A stretch of 64,000 bases of DNA from Candidatus Liptonbacteria bacterium (GCA_016182105.1 JACOXZ010000011.1:1218-65217), one strand, 5' to 3'. Positions 19,055 through 30,147 are shown, counted from the stretch's first letter. Made by a program: numbers and translations. The notes: generated by a model not told the origin, from the sequence alone.

Positions 19055-20933
19055 AGCCAAAAATTTTACCGATTTCGAGGAGTCGTTAAATGGCGGCTCA
19101 CGCGAGGAAGTCATAGAGGTGCCCTTGAGCAGCCAGCCGCTTTTTTATACGGGCTTATTAATTTTTCTTTTTGCCGCGCTTGCCGTAGGCCGCGTTCTTT
19201 TCTTGGGTGTAGTCTCCGGCGAAATCTATAAAGCCAGGGCCGAGGCCAATTCTAGCGAGCTCGAGCGGCTTCAAGCGCCGAGGGGTCTCGTCTTCGCGAG
19301 AGGCGGAGAAGTTTTGGCAGAAAACCAGCCGGTTTTCCTGGCCGTCTTGAAGACCAGCGAATTTCTAAAAGACGAGTCTATCCAAGAAAAAACGCTTGCT
19401 TCAATCAAGGAGATTATGGGAATTGATAGAGAACTAGTCTGGAGTCTGATCAAAGAACGAGACCAAGAAAGAATAGGCGACCCAATTGTTCTTAGCGCCG
19501 ACCTAAGCCAAACTGAGCTAATTCAGCTTAAAAGCCTCAATTCCTTGTCCCTGGTCGTAGAGAGCGGTTTCAAGAGGAATTATCCGGACGGCCCAATTTT
19601 TTCTTCCATAATTGGCTATACCGGACTCCCTACCGCCCTAGATCTTAGAGAGAATGCCGAACTTACCGGCGTGGATTTTGTTGGCAAATCCGGCCTAGAG
19701 GCTTTTTACGATAAAGATCTCCGCGGAAAAAACGGATTTTTAGCGTATCTCCGCGATGCCAAAGGTGAAATCTTCGAAGAAAAAAAGGAGAGGCCAGTCG
19801 AGGCAGGAGCGGCTCTCAATTTAACAATTGACGCTGAATTTCAGCGCTATTTTTACCACAGGATGCAAGAGGGACTCACCTCATTAGGGAGAAACTCCGG
19901 CGTTGGTCTGGCGTTAAATCCGAGAAACGGCGAGGTTTTGGCCCTGATTAATTTACCGAGCTACGACCCCAATATTTTCTTGGCTCCAGAGAAAAACGAA
20001 GAGAGGTTGAAACTCTTGAATTCACCGGAGACGCCCCTGTTCAATCGGGCTATAAGCGGCACCTACAGCCCAGGTTCCACAATTAAGCCGCTCGTGGCTC
20101 TCGCGGCTTTGAGCGAAGGCGTGATCAACACCGAAAAACAAATTTATTCCCCAGGCTATCTTGAAATTCCGAATCCTTATGACCCCCAGAAACCCACTCT
20201 TTTCCTCGATTGGCGGCCCCAGGGCTGGGTGAATTTAGAGCGGGCCATTGCTCAGTCCTCGAACGTTTATTTCTACACTGTAGGCGGTGGCTTCGGCGAT
20301 ATTAAGGGGCTGGGGATCAAACGTTTAAACGACTGGTGGCAAAAATTTAATTTAGGAAAGCTCACTGGCATTGATTTACCTTGGGAGGCCAAGGGACTTT
20401 TGCCCACAGTCGAGGAAAAAGAAAAAAGAACCGGCACGCCCTGGCTTTTGGGCGATACTTATAACGTCTCAATTGGCCAGGGAGATCTCTTGCTTACTCC
20501 TCTTCAGATTTTAAACTACGTTGCCGCAATTGGAAACGGCGGGAAAATCTACCGGCCGTTTCTTGTCTCGAATTTCAAACACTCCGAAGTTGCTAGCGAC
20601 CTTTCTAATCTTCAAACTCAAATTTCTGAAGTGGAGAAAGGCATGAAGGCCGCAGTGAATTTTCCCTTAGGCACCGCCTACCTCCTTCACGATCTTCAGG
20701 TCTCGGTCGCTGCAAAAACCGGAACAGCCCAGATTTTGTCGAACACCCAGGCCAACGCCTTCTTTGTCGGTTTTATGCCGGCCGAGGATCCTGAAATTGT
20801 TATCCTGATTTTAGTTGAACGTTCGCGCGAAGGCAGTTTAAACACCGTGCCTATCGCTAAAGACGTGCTTAACTGGTACTACTTAAACCGGATCCCTCAC
20901 CCTTCAGAGATTTTATCTACGTCATCAAAATGA
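19038..20933 (+). CDS. mrdA: Penicillin-binding protein 2
   Basis: PGSTIKP, SSN and KTGTAQ motifs; last 13 or so codons and the stop come from a family C element. Confidence 0.9.
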   Translation: MPRKYKAKNFTDFEESLNGGSREEVIEVPLSSQPLFYTGLLIFLFAALAVGRVLFLGVVSGEIYKARAEANSSELERLQAPRGLVFARGGEVLAENQPVFLAVLKTSEFLKDESIQEKTLASIKEIMGIDRELVWSLIKERDQERIGDPIVLSADLSQTELIQLKSLNSLSLVVESGFKRNYPDGPIFSSIIGYTGLPTALDLRENAELTGVDFVGKSGLEAFYDKDLRGKNGFLAYLRDAKGEIFEEKKERPVEAGAALNLTIDAEFQRYFYHRMQEGLTSLGRNSGVGLALNPRNGEVLALINLPSYDPNIFLAPEKNEERLKLLNSPETPLFNRAISGTYSPGSTIKPLVALAALSEGVINTEKQIYSPGYLEIPNPYDPQKPTLFLDWRPQGWVNLERAIAQSSNVYFYTVGGGFGDIKGLGIKRLNDWWQKFNLGKLTGIDLPWEAKGLLPTVEEKEKRTGTPWLLGDTYNVSIGQGDLLLTPLQILNYVAAIGNGGKIYRPFLVSNFKHSEVASDLSNLQTQISEVEKGMKAAVNFPLGTAYLLHDLQVSVAAKTGTAQILSNTQANAFFVGFMPAEDPEIVILILVERSREGSLNTVPIAKDVLNWYYLNRIPHPSEILSTSSK

Positions 20934-21023
20934 GTACTACAGACAAGACGTTTCCTTTCAAAGTCGCTCGGCAAAAGAGATCACACCATGAAAAATCGTG
21001 CATGATCTCTGAATGGTGAGGGA
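20893..21023. mobile_element. Family C inverted-repeat miniature element
   Basis: TCCCTCACCCTTCAGAGAT...ATCTCTGAATGGTGAGGGA; homologous to the 34724 and 62974 copies; last A begins the next ATG. Confidence 0.85.
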
Positions 21024-21364
21024 TGATTCAAAAATTTATTCGATTTAAAATCACAAGCGCTGCTTTCTTCGCGAGTTTGACACTGGTTTTAAGTGGATGG
21101 CTTTGGGCCTATTTTTCGTTAAGAAATCTCCCGCCACCCTATATTCTTAGGTTTGTGAGCAATCTTGGTGTGACCCAATTAGGCGATCTTCAAGACATTG
21201 CCGCCGCCGGAGCCGTGGCCATGATAAGCGTGCTTTTGAATTTTATACTGGCTTTTGAGCTTGAGACCAAAGCAAAGTTTTTAGCGAAACTCCTGACTTT
21301 TTCAACCCTGACTTTTGCCGCCTTGATTTTCATCGGCTTCGCCGCTATTATTAGCGTCAACTAG
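21023..21364 (+). CDS. Small membrane protein
   Basis: Three hydrophobic segments, 113 aa. Confidence 0.7.
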   Translation: MIQKFIRFKITSAAFFASLTLVLSGWLWAYFSLRNLPPPYILRFVSNLGVTQLGDLQDIAAAGAVAMISVLLNFILAFELETKAKFLAKLLTFSTLTFAALIFIGFAAIISVN

Positions 21365-21438
21365 TGGATAGTGTGCTAGTGACTAGTGACTAGCGCACTA
21401 GCCACCAACGTACTAGTCACTAATGCACTAGTCACTAA
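21361..21438. repeat. Short-repeat array (CTAGTGA units, then inverted CACTAGT/CACTAA units)
   Basis: ctagtgg..ctagtga ctagtga ctagcg cactagc..tactagt cactaatg cactagt cactaa. Confidence 0.65.
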
Positions 21439-21445
21439 CTCTCAT

Positions 21446-21757
21446 ATGTCCACATTTGCAATTATCGAAACCGGCGGCAAGCAATACAAAGTTTCTGCCG
21501 GGGACAAAATCAAGATTGAAAAAATCTCTAGGAAAGTGGGCGAGAGTTTTGATTTCGATAAAGTGCTCCTCAAGGCCGACGGAGCGAGCGTGGAGGTAGG
21601 CGCGCCGTACCTCACGGGCGTGAAGGTGGAGGCGACGGTTTTGCGCCAGGCGCGCGACAAGAAAAAAATCGTCTTTAGGTACCACCCAAAAACTCGTTAC
21701 CGAAAGAAGAAAGGACATAGACAGTTCTTTACCGAAGTACAGATTGGGAAGATTTGA
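21446..21757 (+). CDS. rplU: 50S ribosomal protein L21
   Basis: FAIIETGGKQYKV...KKGHRQ. Confidence 0.96.
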   Translation: MSTFAIIETGGKQYKVSAGDKIKIEKISRKVGESFDFDKVLLKADGASVEVGAPYLTGVKVEATVLRQARDKKKIVFRYHPKTRYRKKKGHRQFFTEVQIGKI

Positions 21758-21760
21758 AAG

Positions 21761-21834
21761 CCCCGCCTTCGTCCGTAAGGACTTCGGCGGGGTGCTCGAT
21801 TTCGTGATCTCGCTTCGCTCGAACGAAATCGGCA
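21761..21834. repeat. GC hairpin plus 45 bp stem-loop repeat shared with 51515-51559
   Basis: CCCCGCC..GGCGGGG then GGGTGCTCGATTTCGTGATCTCGCTTCGCTCGAACGAAATCGGCA. Confidence 0.7.
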
Positions 21835-21880
21835 AAGGGGCATCGGCAACATTTTACGGAAGTTAAGATAGAGAAAATAT

Positions 21881-21909
21881 AAAACCGTCCGCCTCAGGCG
21901 GACGGTTTT
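21881..21909. terminator. Bidirectional intrinsic terminator
   Basis: AAAACCGTCCGCCT-C-AGGCGGACGGTTTT between convergent rplU and pyrG. Confidence 0.85.
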
Positions 21910-21910
21910 T

Positions 21911-23533
21911 TTATTTCTTCGCAATTGCCGCTTTAATGAACGCCACAAAAAGCGGATGCGGCGCCATTGGGCGCGATTTGAGCTCGGGGTGAAATTGGGT
22001 GCCTACGAAGAACGGATGGTTCTTCAGCTCGATGATTTCCACGAGATTTGTTTCAGGGTTCACACCGGAGAAAACTAAGCCTGCCTTCTCTAGCTTTTCT
22101 CGATACTTGTTGTTGAACTCATAGCGATGGCGGTGGCGCTCTCTCACCATATTTGTTCTATACGCTTTTTCGGCGATTGTGCCTTTCGTGATCCGGCACT
22201 TGTATGCGCCAAGCCGCATCGAGCCCCCGTAGTGTTCTTGGGCGATTTTCCGCGCTTGCTCCGGTAAAACAGCAATCACGGGGTGGGGCGTTTTGGGGTC
22301 GATTTCTGTGGTGTACGCGCCTTTGAGCTTGGCAATATGCCGCGCAAATTCGATTGTTGCAAGCTGCATTCCGTAGCAGAGGCCAAAGTAGGGGATTTTA
22401 TGCTCCCGCGCGTAGCCGATTACCTTGATTTTCCCTTCAATACCGCGGCCCCCAAATCCGCCAGGAACGATAATTCCGGCGTAGCTCTCCAAGGTCGTGA
22501 GGGCCCGGGGATTCGTCTCAAAGACCTCCGCGTTAATCCAATCGATCACCGGCTTCCGTCCAAGTTCCCAGGCCGCGTGCTTTATGGCTTCGATCACCGA
22601 GATATAAGAATCACTCAAAGTAAAGTCGCCGGTTGCGAAGTATTTGCCGACGATGCCGATCCTCACTGGTTTTTTAGCGCGCTGAATTTTTCTCTGGAGC
22701 TTACGCCAAGTTGAACCGTCTCTTTTTCGCGGCTTGAGGCTGAATTTTTTCAAAATTCGGTCGGCGAGTTTCTCCTTCTCAAAATTTAGCGGCACCTCGT
22801 AGATGTTTTTGATGTCGGGCGCCGAGATGATGTCTTCAGGCAAGACGTTGCAGAAGATTGAAATTTTTTCTTTGCGAGGTTTGTCAATCGGGATCACCGA
22901 GCGCGCGAGGATGATGTCTGGTTGTAGTCCGGCGGAGTTCAGGGTCCTCACGGCGTACTGGGTCGGTTTTGTTTTCATCTCGCCCAAATTTTGGGGTACG
23001 GGGAGGTAGCTCACGAGGACGAGGATGAGAGAGGCGGGATCTTTAAGCTTCATAATACGAGCGGCTTCAAGGAAAAGGAGGTTCTGGTACTCGCCAGCGG
23101 TGCCGCCTATCTCAACCAGCGCAAACTGCGCTTTGGATTTTTTGGCGGCAAGCTTGATGCGTCGGATGACCTCTTCCGGAATGTGCGGCACGACTTCCAC
23201 GCACTTGCCGCCGTACTCGAGCCGCCGCTCCCGGTCAATCACTGTCTGGTAGACTAATCCGGTCGTCATATAATTCGGCCGAAGGATATTCGTGTCGAGG
23301 AATCGTTCGTAGTTGCCGATATCCTGGTCACACTCGAGTCCGTCCTCGGTCACAAACACCTCCCCGTGCTCAACGGGGTTCATGGTGCCGGCATCAACGT
23401 TTATGTAGGGATCGATTTTGACTGCGGTGACTCGAAAGCCCCGGTCCTTAAGTAGGGCTGCAATGGCGGCAGAGCCGACGCCCTTGCCGATACCCGACAT
23501 TACACCACCCACAACGAAAATGTATCGCGTCAT
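21911..23533 (-). CDS. pyrG: CTP synthase
   Basis: GGVMSGIGKG, KIDPYINVDAGTM, KTKPTQ, GLCYGMQ, ERHRHRYE, QFHPE. Confidence 0.97.
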   Translation of the reverse strand: MTRYIFVVGGVMSGIGKGVGSAAIAALLKDRGFRVTAVKIDPYINVDAGTMNPVEHGEVFVTEDGLECDQDIGNYERFLDTNILRPNYMTTGLVYQTVIDRERRLEYGGKCVEVVPHIPEEVIRRIKLAAKKSKAQFALVEIGGTAGEYQNLLFLEAARIMKLKDPASLILVLVSYLPVPQNLGEMKTKPTQYAVRTLNSAGLQPDIILARSVIPIDKPRKEKISIFCNVLPEDIISAPDIKNIYEVPLNFEKEKLADRILKKFSLKPRKRDGSTWRKLQRKIQRAKKPVRIGIVGKYFATGDFTLSDSYISVIEAIKHAAWELGRKPVIDWINAEVFETNPRALTTLESYAGIIVPGGFGGRGIEGKIKVIGYAREHKIPYFGLCYGMQLATIEFARHIAKLKGAYTTEIDPKTPHPVIAVLPEQARKIAQEHYGGSMRLGAYKCRITKGTIAEKAYRTNMVRERHRHRYEFNNKYREKLEKAGLVFSGVNPETNLVEIIELKNHPFFVGTQFHPELKSRPMAPHPLFVAFIKAAIAKK

Positions 23534-23560
23534 AATTTAGGATGCGGTATAATTATAGCA

Positions 23561-23959
23561 ATGTCAGAAGAATCTTTTCCATCCTCTGATCATGTTGCGC
23601 TCGAGGCAGATTTAAAGCGGCTCACCCTTGAAATTCAGAGACAAGAAAAATTGCCCGAGAATCGGAATTTGGGCGGTGAAGCGCTCTTGAAGAAATCCTT
23701 GGTCTCGATCGCGCCCACTCCCGAAGAGGCGGGGCTGAAGAGCACGCCCTCTAAGGGCCCTCTCCCGGATTACGCGGAGACCTCCGGCGCCAAAACCAAA
23801 TTAGAAATAGAATATTTTCTGGACTTGGCTTTTCACCAAGGCCTTGACAGAGCCGTGAGAGAGGCGAGAAAGTCGAGCCCCTTTGTGCTTGACGCCTTCC
23901 ACGATGCTTTGGCTGGCAAGCTTTATCCTGAACTCAAAAAAAGGGGGATTCTAAAGTAA
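23561..23959 (+). CDS. Hypothetical protein
   Basis: 132 aa ORF coupled to the downstream ATPase; TATAAT 7 nt upstream. Confidence 0.7.
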   Translation: MSEESFPSSDHVALEADLKRLTLEIQRQEKLPENRNLGGEALLKKSLVSIAPTPEEAGLKSTPSKGPLPDYAETSGAKTKLEIEYFLDLAFHQGLDRAVREARKSSPFVLDAFHDALAGKLYPELKKRGILK

Positions 23960-26317
23960 TGACGGGTTTTTATCTCCTTTTAGGGCTTCTTGCAGCAGTA
24001 CTCATAGGCGGCTTTTATTTTTTGCGTCTTATATCAAAAAGCCGCGCTTTACGGGAATCCCTGGACTTAGGCCTCCTTTTTATCAAAATCCCCAAAGAAG
24101 CCCTTCTCGCTGGCGCTCAAGAGAAAGAGGTGAAGCTTAAAGCGGAGCTCGCCAACTTCGAACAGCTACTGGCCAACCTCGCCTCTTTTAAAAAAACTTT
24201 TGTTTTTGAAGTGGCTGTTCCTCATGTGGGCGAGGAAATTCATTTTTATCTCGCCGTGCCCAAAGTCGCAATAGAGGCGGCGCGAAGCCAGGTTCAAAGC
24301 TTGTGGAGCGGAGCAAGCGTGGCTTTGGTTTCAGACGATTACAGCATTTTTAATCCTCAAGGGACAGTAGCATCTGCTTATCTTCTTCTTAAAGAAAATT
24401 ATAGCTTGCCCATTCGAACCTATAGCGAACTTAACGCCGATTCTTTTGCCTCAATTGTCGGCGCTTTCTCGAAGATCAGCGAAGTTGGCGAGGGAGCGGC
24501 CCTGCAGGTGGTCTTGAAGGGTGCTGGTCAGAACCCCAAGAAGAAAGTTCAGGGATTCATTCGGTTTTTGAAGCGAGGCGAAACATTGAAAAAAGTTTTT
24601 GGCCGTGAATCGGCTTTTGGTCTATCCGTAATAGGGGAGGCTCTAAATCCCGAAGAGCCGGCAAAAGAAAAGCAGGAAAAAGTTGTTGACGAAGAAGCTG
24701 TTCGGGCGCTTGAGGCTAAAATTTCTAAGCCTCTTTTTCAAGTAAACGTAAGGGTGGTTACATCCGCGCCCTCACCTTTTCAGGCTGACGGTATCTTAGA
24801 CGGCATCTTGGCCGGCTTTTCGCAGTTTGGGGCGCCCCGTCGGAACTCTTTTAAGATTGTTAAGCCCAAAAACACCGCGGAGATGGTTCGTAAGTTTATT
24901 TACCGGACCTTTGAGTCAGGCGAGACAATGATTTTATCGAGCGAAGAGGTGGCGAGCTTCTGTCATCTGCCAACTGCGGGAACCGAGATCCCGCGCGTGA
25001 TGTGGCTCAAGGCCAAAGAAGCAGCCCCGCCTTCAAATCTTCCGGCAAGCGGTGTTTTGATAGGCGAGAGCGTGTTCCGCGGGGAAGTCAAAAAGATTTA
25101 TCTCGCTGACGAAGACCGCCGGCGCCACGTCTATATGATCGGCCAGACCGGCACAGGCAAATCCACCCTCCTCGCCAATATGATTGCCCACGACATAAAA
25201 AAGGGCAAAGGCGTGGCTATGATTGACCCGCACGGCGATCTCACAGAGCACGTTTTAGGCCATATTCCCCAAAGCCGAAGGGAGGATTTAATCTATTTTA
25301 ACCCCTCGGATATTTTGAAGCCTTTAGGATTAAACATGCTTGACTACAATTTCGATAGGCCAGAGGAAAAAACTTTTATCGTAAACGAGATGCAGGGAAT
25401 TTTTAACAAGCTTTTTCCTCCGGAGACCATGGGCCCGATGTTCGAACAGTATATGAGAAACGCCCTACTGCTCCTTATGGAAGATATGCCTAATGAGAGA
25501 GCGACCCTGATTGAGGTGCCGAGGATTTTTACCGACCAATACTACCGCGAACGAAAACTCAAACGAATCAGAAATCCAGTTGTTATTGATTTTTGGGAAA
25601 AGGAGGCGGTTAAGGCCGGAGGCGAGGCATCGCTCGCCAACATGACTCCCTACGTCACCTCGAAGTTCAATAATTTTATTTCGAACGACTATATGCGGCC
25701 GATAATTGGCCAGATAAAATCAGCCTTTAATTTCCGCGAGGTGATGGATAGCGGCAAGATCCTGCTCGTGAACCTTTCCAAAGGCAGGATCGGCGACATA
25801 AACGCCGGCCTCTTAGGTATGATTTTCTCCGGCAAAATCCTTATGGCCGCCTTATCAAGGGTTGATATTACGGAAGCCGCAAAGCGCCGGGATTTCAATT
25901 TCTATATTGACGAATTCCAGAATTTCACGACGGATTCAATCAGCGTAATCCTCTCTGAGGCCAGAAAATACCGTTTATCAGTTTATTGCCCAGCTTACGG
26001 AAAAAATACGGGACGCGGTTTTCGGGAATGTGGGGTCGCAGGTTGTTTTTCGTGTGGGCGCGACTGACGCAGAGTTTTTAGTGAAGCAATTCGAGCCGAC
26101 CTTTAGCCAAAGCGATCTTTTAAACATTGATAACTTCAATGCCTATGTAAAGATGCTTGTTTCCGGCGAGACCGCGAAGCCATTTAACATAGAGACATAT
26201 CCCTTGGGCGTGGGCAGCCTTGAGGCCGCGGACGAGCTAAAAGTTTATTCACGAGAGAAATACGGAACGGAGCGCCAAGTTGTTGAAGAAGAAATTTATA
26301 AGAGGCTACGAGGCTAG
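23959..26317 (+). pseudogene. VirD4/TraD-like (HerA-FtsK superfamily) ATPase, frameshifted near 25980
   Basis: GQTGTGKST, IDPHGDL, YIDEFQNF, LSEARKYRLS; the conserved continuation QFIAQLTEKIRDAVFGNVGS is in another frame. Confidence 0.8.
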
Positions 26318-26336
26318 ATTATGTTATAATAGCAAT

Positions 26337-26849
26337 ATGAAAAATATGATTTTTAGCCGAAAGGGGATGACGACTTTTATGTCTATTATGATCGCGATCA
26401 TAGTGCTCGAGCTCGTGGGTATTTTCTATTTTGCTGAGAAGAAAGGTTTTTTGGGCGGGAAGCCGATTGTGCCGGTAACCGTGAGCCTGGTTTCCGAATC
26501 CCAGATTATTGATTACCTTAAGAAAAACCTGCTTGCGCCCTCGGTGGGCAGTTGCACCTACCGGACTTTGGGCGAGAGCGAGCTTACGGCGATGCCAGTT
26601 CATACCTATATTTGGGCTTTGTGTATTGATTTTTATTCAGACAAGACCGTTAGCAGTCCCGTTGATCTTATAGCAAGAACAAGGGATGGCGGAATTGAGA
26701 TTGCTTCACATAAAATACCAAACGAAGCAAACTATCGAAGAGATGTGAAAGACATTTTCCCTTCCCAGATTCAGAATCTAATTTTTGGCTATCCCGCAAG
26801 CGACAAGATAAAAGAAATGCAGACCGAACTTCCGAGACCGTACCTTTAA
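26337..26849 (+). CDS. Hypothetical membrane-anchored protein
   Basis: RKG-MTTFMSIMIAII hydrophobic N-terminus (pilin-leader-like). Confidence 0.65.
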   Translation: MKNMIFSRKGMTTFMSIMIAIIVLELVGIFYFAEKKGFLGGKPIVPVTVSLVSESQIIDYLKKNLLAPSVGSCTYRTLGESELTAMPVHTYIWALCIDFYSDKTVSSPVDLIARTRDGGIEIASHKIPNEANYRRDVKDIFPSQIQNLIFGYPASDKIKEMQTELPRPYL

Positions 26850-26874
26850 ATAGTTTCCTTGCGCCTTGATCTTT

Positions 26875-28152
26875 TTATCCGAGGCGGTCGTTCTGGGTGA
26901 AGATCTTTAAACCCTTAAGCCACAGGCGGAGCGCTGTCCATCGCGGCATGATCGAGAAAAGATAGTTCAGCTCAACAAGCCCCTTCAATATCCAGCCCCA
27001 AAATCCCGCGACAACCAGTGGCCCGATTTTAGCGACCGCGTACTTCCCGCCGACCGGAGTTATGTAGGGATACTCCATTGATTTATAAACTTTATGATCC
27101 GCAGTTTTAGTTAGGCCATTTTCCATTTTTATATCCTCGATTATGTTTTCTGAAACGACGTTGGCCTGTGATATCGCGGCTCGAGCCACGCTCGGAATCG
27201 GTTTTTCCGTTCGAGGATCGTAGAAACAGATCGTATCGCCTAACCCGTAGACTTTTGAGCGGAATTTTAAATCGGGAGTCTGCGGCAGGCATTCCATTTT
27301 GCCGCGAACAACCACTCGGCCGCGCGCCTCATTCTTTAAGGGCAGCTTTGAGAGGGCTTCCGCGGCTTTGATGCCTCCTGCCCAAATCAAGATATCAAAT
27401 GGTTCTATACGGCCGCTCGTGAGATATGCCTTCTTTTTCTCAACCCTAGTCAGAGATTCGTGAGCGAAGATCTTAACACCCACCCTTTTTAGCCGTTTCT
27501 CGACCAACTTAATAACCCTTGTGTCAAAACCAGGCAGGATCGTTCTCCCCGCTTCGATTATCGCGACCTCAAGTTCGCACTTCCTAAATTCTTTCTCGAG
27601 TTCGCCGCACCATACCTTGAGCTCTGAGGCGAGTTCAACGCCAGTTGCGCCGCCGCCCACAACGAGGATTTTAATATTCTCCTCACCGGCCATCCCTAAG
27701 TTCCAGACGGAGTCGCGGATACGGATAGCATCAGTAAAGGTTTTAAGCGCGAGAGCCGAAGACGCCAGGCCTGGAATATCGAAATAATTGACCTCCGCGC
27801 CCAAAGCGATAACAAGATAGTCGGCTAGAATTTTTTCTTTGCCCCCGAGAATTACTTCGCCACGGATAAGATCAGCGGCTGTGACTTCTTTCTGGAGGAA
27901 GGTGAGGCTTAGATTTTTAATAAGCGGTTTGATCTTATAGGCCGCGACTTCGTGAAGTTCGGCAATATTGGCCAGTGATTTGGAGGTCGTGGCCACTTCA
28001 TAAAGAAGCGGGGTGTAAGTATGGTGGTCGTTTCTATCAATCAAAACCACTTCATAATCTTTAAGGAGCTGAAGAGATCTTAATTTTTTGGAAATTTTGA
28101 TCGCGGCGCGTAGGCCGCCGAACCCAGCGCCCAAGATCACGATTTTTTTCAT
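26875..28152 (-). CDS. ndh: Type II NADH dehydrogenase-like FAD oxidoreductase
   Basis: ILGAGFGGL, YTPLLYEVA, VVGGGATGVELASE. Confidence 0.85.
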   Translation of the reverse strand: MKKIVILGAGFGGLRAAIKISKKLRSLQLLKDYEVVLIDRNDHHTYTPLLYEVATTSKSLANIAELHEVAAYKIKPLIKNLSLTFLQKEVTAADLIRGEVILGGKEKILADYLVIALGAEVNYFDIPGLASSALALKTFTDAIRIRDSVWNLGMAGEENIKILVVGGGATGVELASELKVWCGELEKEFRKCELEVAIIEAGRTILPGFDTRVIKLVEKRLKRVGVKIFAHESLTRVEKKKAYLTSGRIEPFDILIWAGGIKAAEALSKLPLKNEARGRVVVRGKMECLPQTPDLKFRSKVYGLGDTICFYDPRTEKPIPSVARAAISQANVVSENIIEDIKMENGLTKTADHKVYKSMEYPYITPVGGKYAVAKIGPLVVAGFWGWILKGLVELNYLFSIMPRWTALRLWLKGLKIFTQNDRLG

Positions 28153-28206
28153 TAGTCTTTAGTGTATAATTAAGTTTAATCTACCGGAAATTTTTTAGCT
28201 ATTCTA

Positions 28207-29316
28207 ATGATTCACTTTCTCCGTGGAGCGAGCGCGGAATCTTTGAAAGGAAGAGTACTGCTCCGGCTGGATTTTAACACTGAAGATGAGTGGCGGTTAA
28301 AGTCAGCCCTGCCAACTATTCGATTTCTTCTAAGGTATGCCGAGAAAATCGTGATTGTGAGCCACAAAGGCCGGCCAATTGGCTTTGATAAAAAATTTAG
28401 CTTAAGAGCCAGCGCTAAATTTTTAGAAAAACTGCTTAAAAGGAAAATAATTTTCTTTCCCCATTTTCGATTTGAAAAGATCAAGAAAACAATTGCCGCC
28501 TCTCCGCGGGGTTCGATTTTTCTTTTGGAAAACCTGCGTTTTTTGAAAGGCGAGTGGAAAAATGACTTAAAATTCGCCAAAAAATTGGCTTCCCTTGCTG
28601 ATTATTACGTGAATGAGGCTTTTGCCGTTTGTCATCGGGCAAATGCCTCTGTTTCAGCCATCACCCGCTTTTTGAAAAGCTATGCCGGCTTAGAACTTGA
28701 GAATGAGCTTAAAAATCTCTCCAAAGTAATGAAAAATCCCCAAAAGCCGCTCACAATAGTTCTGGGAGGCGCCAAGGCTGAAGATAGGTTAGGCATTGTC
28801 AAGTTTTTGAAAAACAAAGTAGACTGGTTCTTGCTCGGCGGCGCGCCAGCTAATACTCTTTTTTTGGCTGAGGGTATAGATATTAAAGATTCTGTGGCTC
28901 TTCGCCGCCACCCGGAGAAAGTGAGACCCTTTCTTAAATATCCGAACATTGTCTTGCCGATTGATTTCGTTTTTTCCGGCCGAAAAATTTTAGACGCCAG
29001 TCCCAAAACCGTACAAGTTTTTAAAGAAAAAATCAGCCAAGCAAAGACTATTGTCTGGAACGGGCCGTTTGGCGTGATTGAGAAAAAAAGGTTCGAGAAA
29101 GGAACATTGGAGATTGGAAAAGCGATCGCGAGAAACCGGCGAGCGTTTTCCGTGGCTGGCGGCGGGGAAACCGTGATGTTTTTAAAAAAATACGGTTTGG
29201 ATAAAAAATTCAGCTTTATTTCAACCGGCGGCGGTGCGATGCTCGATTTTTTGTCAGGCAGGAAGCTTCCTGGAATTGCCGCCCTTGAGCGACGAGGAGG
29301 CAAAAAATCAAAATGA
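28207..29316 (+). CDS. pgk: Phosphoglycerate kinase
   Basis: RLDFN, SHKGRP, LLENLRF, WNGPFG, ISTGGGAML. Confidence 0.95.
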   Translation: MIHFLRGASAESLKGRVLLRLDFNTEDEWRLKSALPTIRFLLRYAEKIVIVSHKGRPIGFDKKFSLRASAKFLEKLLKRKIIFFPHFRFEKIKKTIAASPRGSIFLLENLRFLKGEWKNDLKFAKKLASLADYYVNEAFAVCHRANASVSAITRFLKSYAGLELENELKNLSKVMKNPQKPLTIVLGGAKAEDRLGIVKFLKNKVDWFLLGGAPANTLFLAEGIDIKDSVALRRHPEKVRPFLKYPNIVLPIDFVFSGRKILDASPKTVQVFKEKISQAKTIVWNGPFGVIEKKRFEKGTLEIGKAIARNRRAFSVAGGGETVMFLKKYGLDKKFSFISTGGGAMLDFLSGRKLPGIAALERRGGKKSK

Positions 29317-30146
29317 AAAAAATCATTGTTTTATATCACGGAAAGTGCGACGACGGTTTCGGCGCCGCCTGGGCCGCTTGGAAAAAATTCGGCAGCCGGG
29401 CCAGCTACATTCCTTTAGAACACCAAAAACCGCCGCCAGCCGGCCTAAAAGGCAAAGAGTTATATTTTCTTGATTTTACTTACCCAGCTTCCATCACCAA
29501 GAAGCTGATTAGAGAAAATAAAAGGGTAACCGCAGTTGATCACCATATTTCAGCGAAAGAAGCGGTTTTCGCGACCTACAGATATCTTTTTGACATCAAA
29601 CATTCGGCAGCCGTCCTCTCTTGGAAGTATTTCCACCCCAGAAAATCAGCGCCGAAACTTTTAAGACATATTGAGGACATTGATCTCTGGAAATTCAAAC
29701 TGCCTCGGACGCGGGAGATCATCGCATTTCTTGAAACTAACCCTTTTGACTTCAAGGTATGGGACAGGGTTCGGCGGGGATTAGATAAACCAAAGACGAG
29801 AAAACTTTACATCGAAGAAGGGAAAAGAATCCTAATCTACCAGGAAAAACTAATCGAACATCTTACCGAGAGCGCCGATCTGGTTAATTTTGCCGGCCGG
29901 AGAGTCTTCATCGTGAACTCGCCAGTTTTCAATTCCCAGATTGGACATCTTTTGATCAAAAAGCGGCCGCCAATAGGAATTGTCTGGAGTGCCAAAGACG
30001 GAACAATAAGGGTCTCCCTGCGTTCTAATAGCAAAGTGGATGTTTCAAAAATCGCCAAAAAGTTCGGCGGCGGAGGACACAAGAATGCGGCTGGATTCTC
30101 TTTGCGGGAGGGCGCAAAGTTGCCGTGGAAGCGTATCAAGAATTAA
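29313..30146 (+). CDS. DHH/DHHA1 phosphoesterase
   Basis: YHGKCDDG, VDHH, SLRS, GGGGHKNAAG. Confidence 0.9.
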   Translation: MKKIIVLYHGKCDDGFGAAWAAWKKFGSRASYIPLEHQKPPPAGLKGKELYFLDFTYPASITKKLIRENKRVTAVDHHISAKEAVFATYRYLFDIKHSAAVLSWKYFHPRKSAPKLLRHIEDIDLWKFKLPRTREIIAFLETNPFDFKVWDRVRRGLDKPKTRKLYIEEGKRILIYQEKLIEHLTESADLVNFAGRRVFIVNSPVFNSQIGHLLIKKRPPIGIVWSAKDGTIRVSLRSNSKVDVSKIAKKFGGGGHKNAAGFSLREGAKLPWKRIKN

Positions 30147-30147
30147 C

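Noticed and set aside
20893-21023. Open frame FIYVIK... through family C interiors as a GIY-YIG remnant
   Set aside because: The frame is open in all three copies, but there is no YIG-like second motif and residues are poorly conserved; too weak to call.
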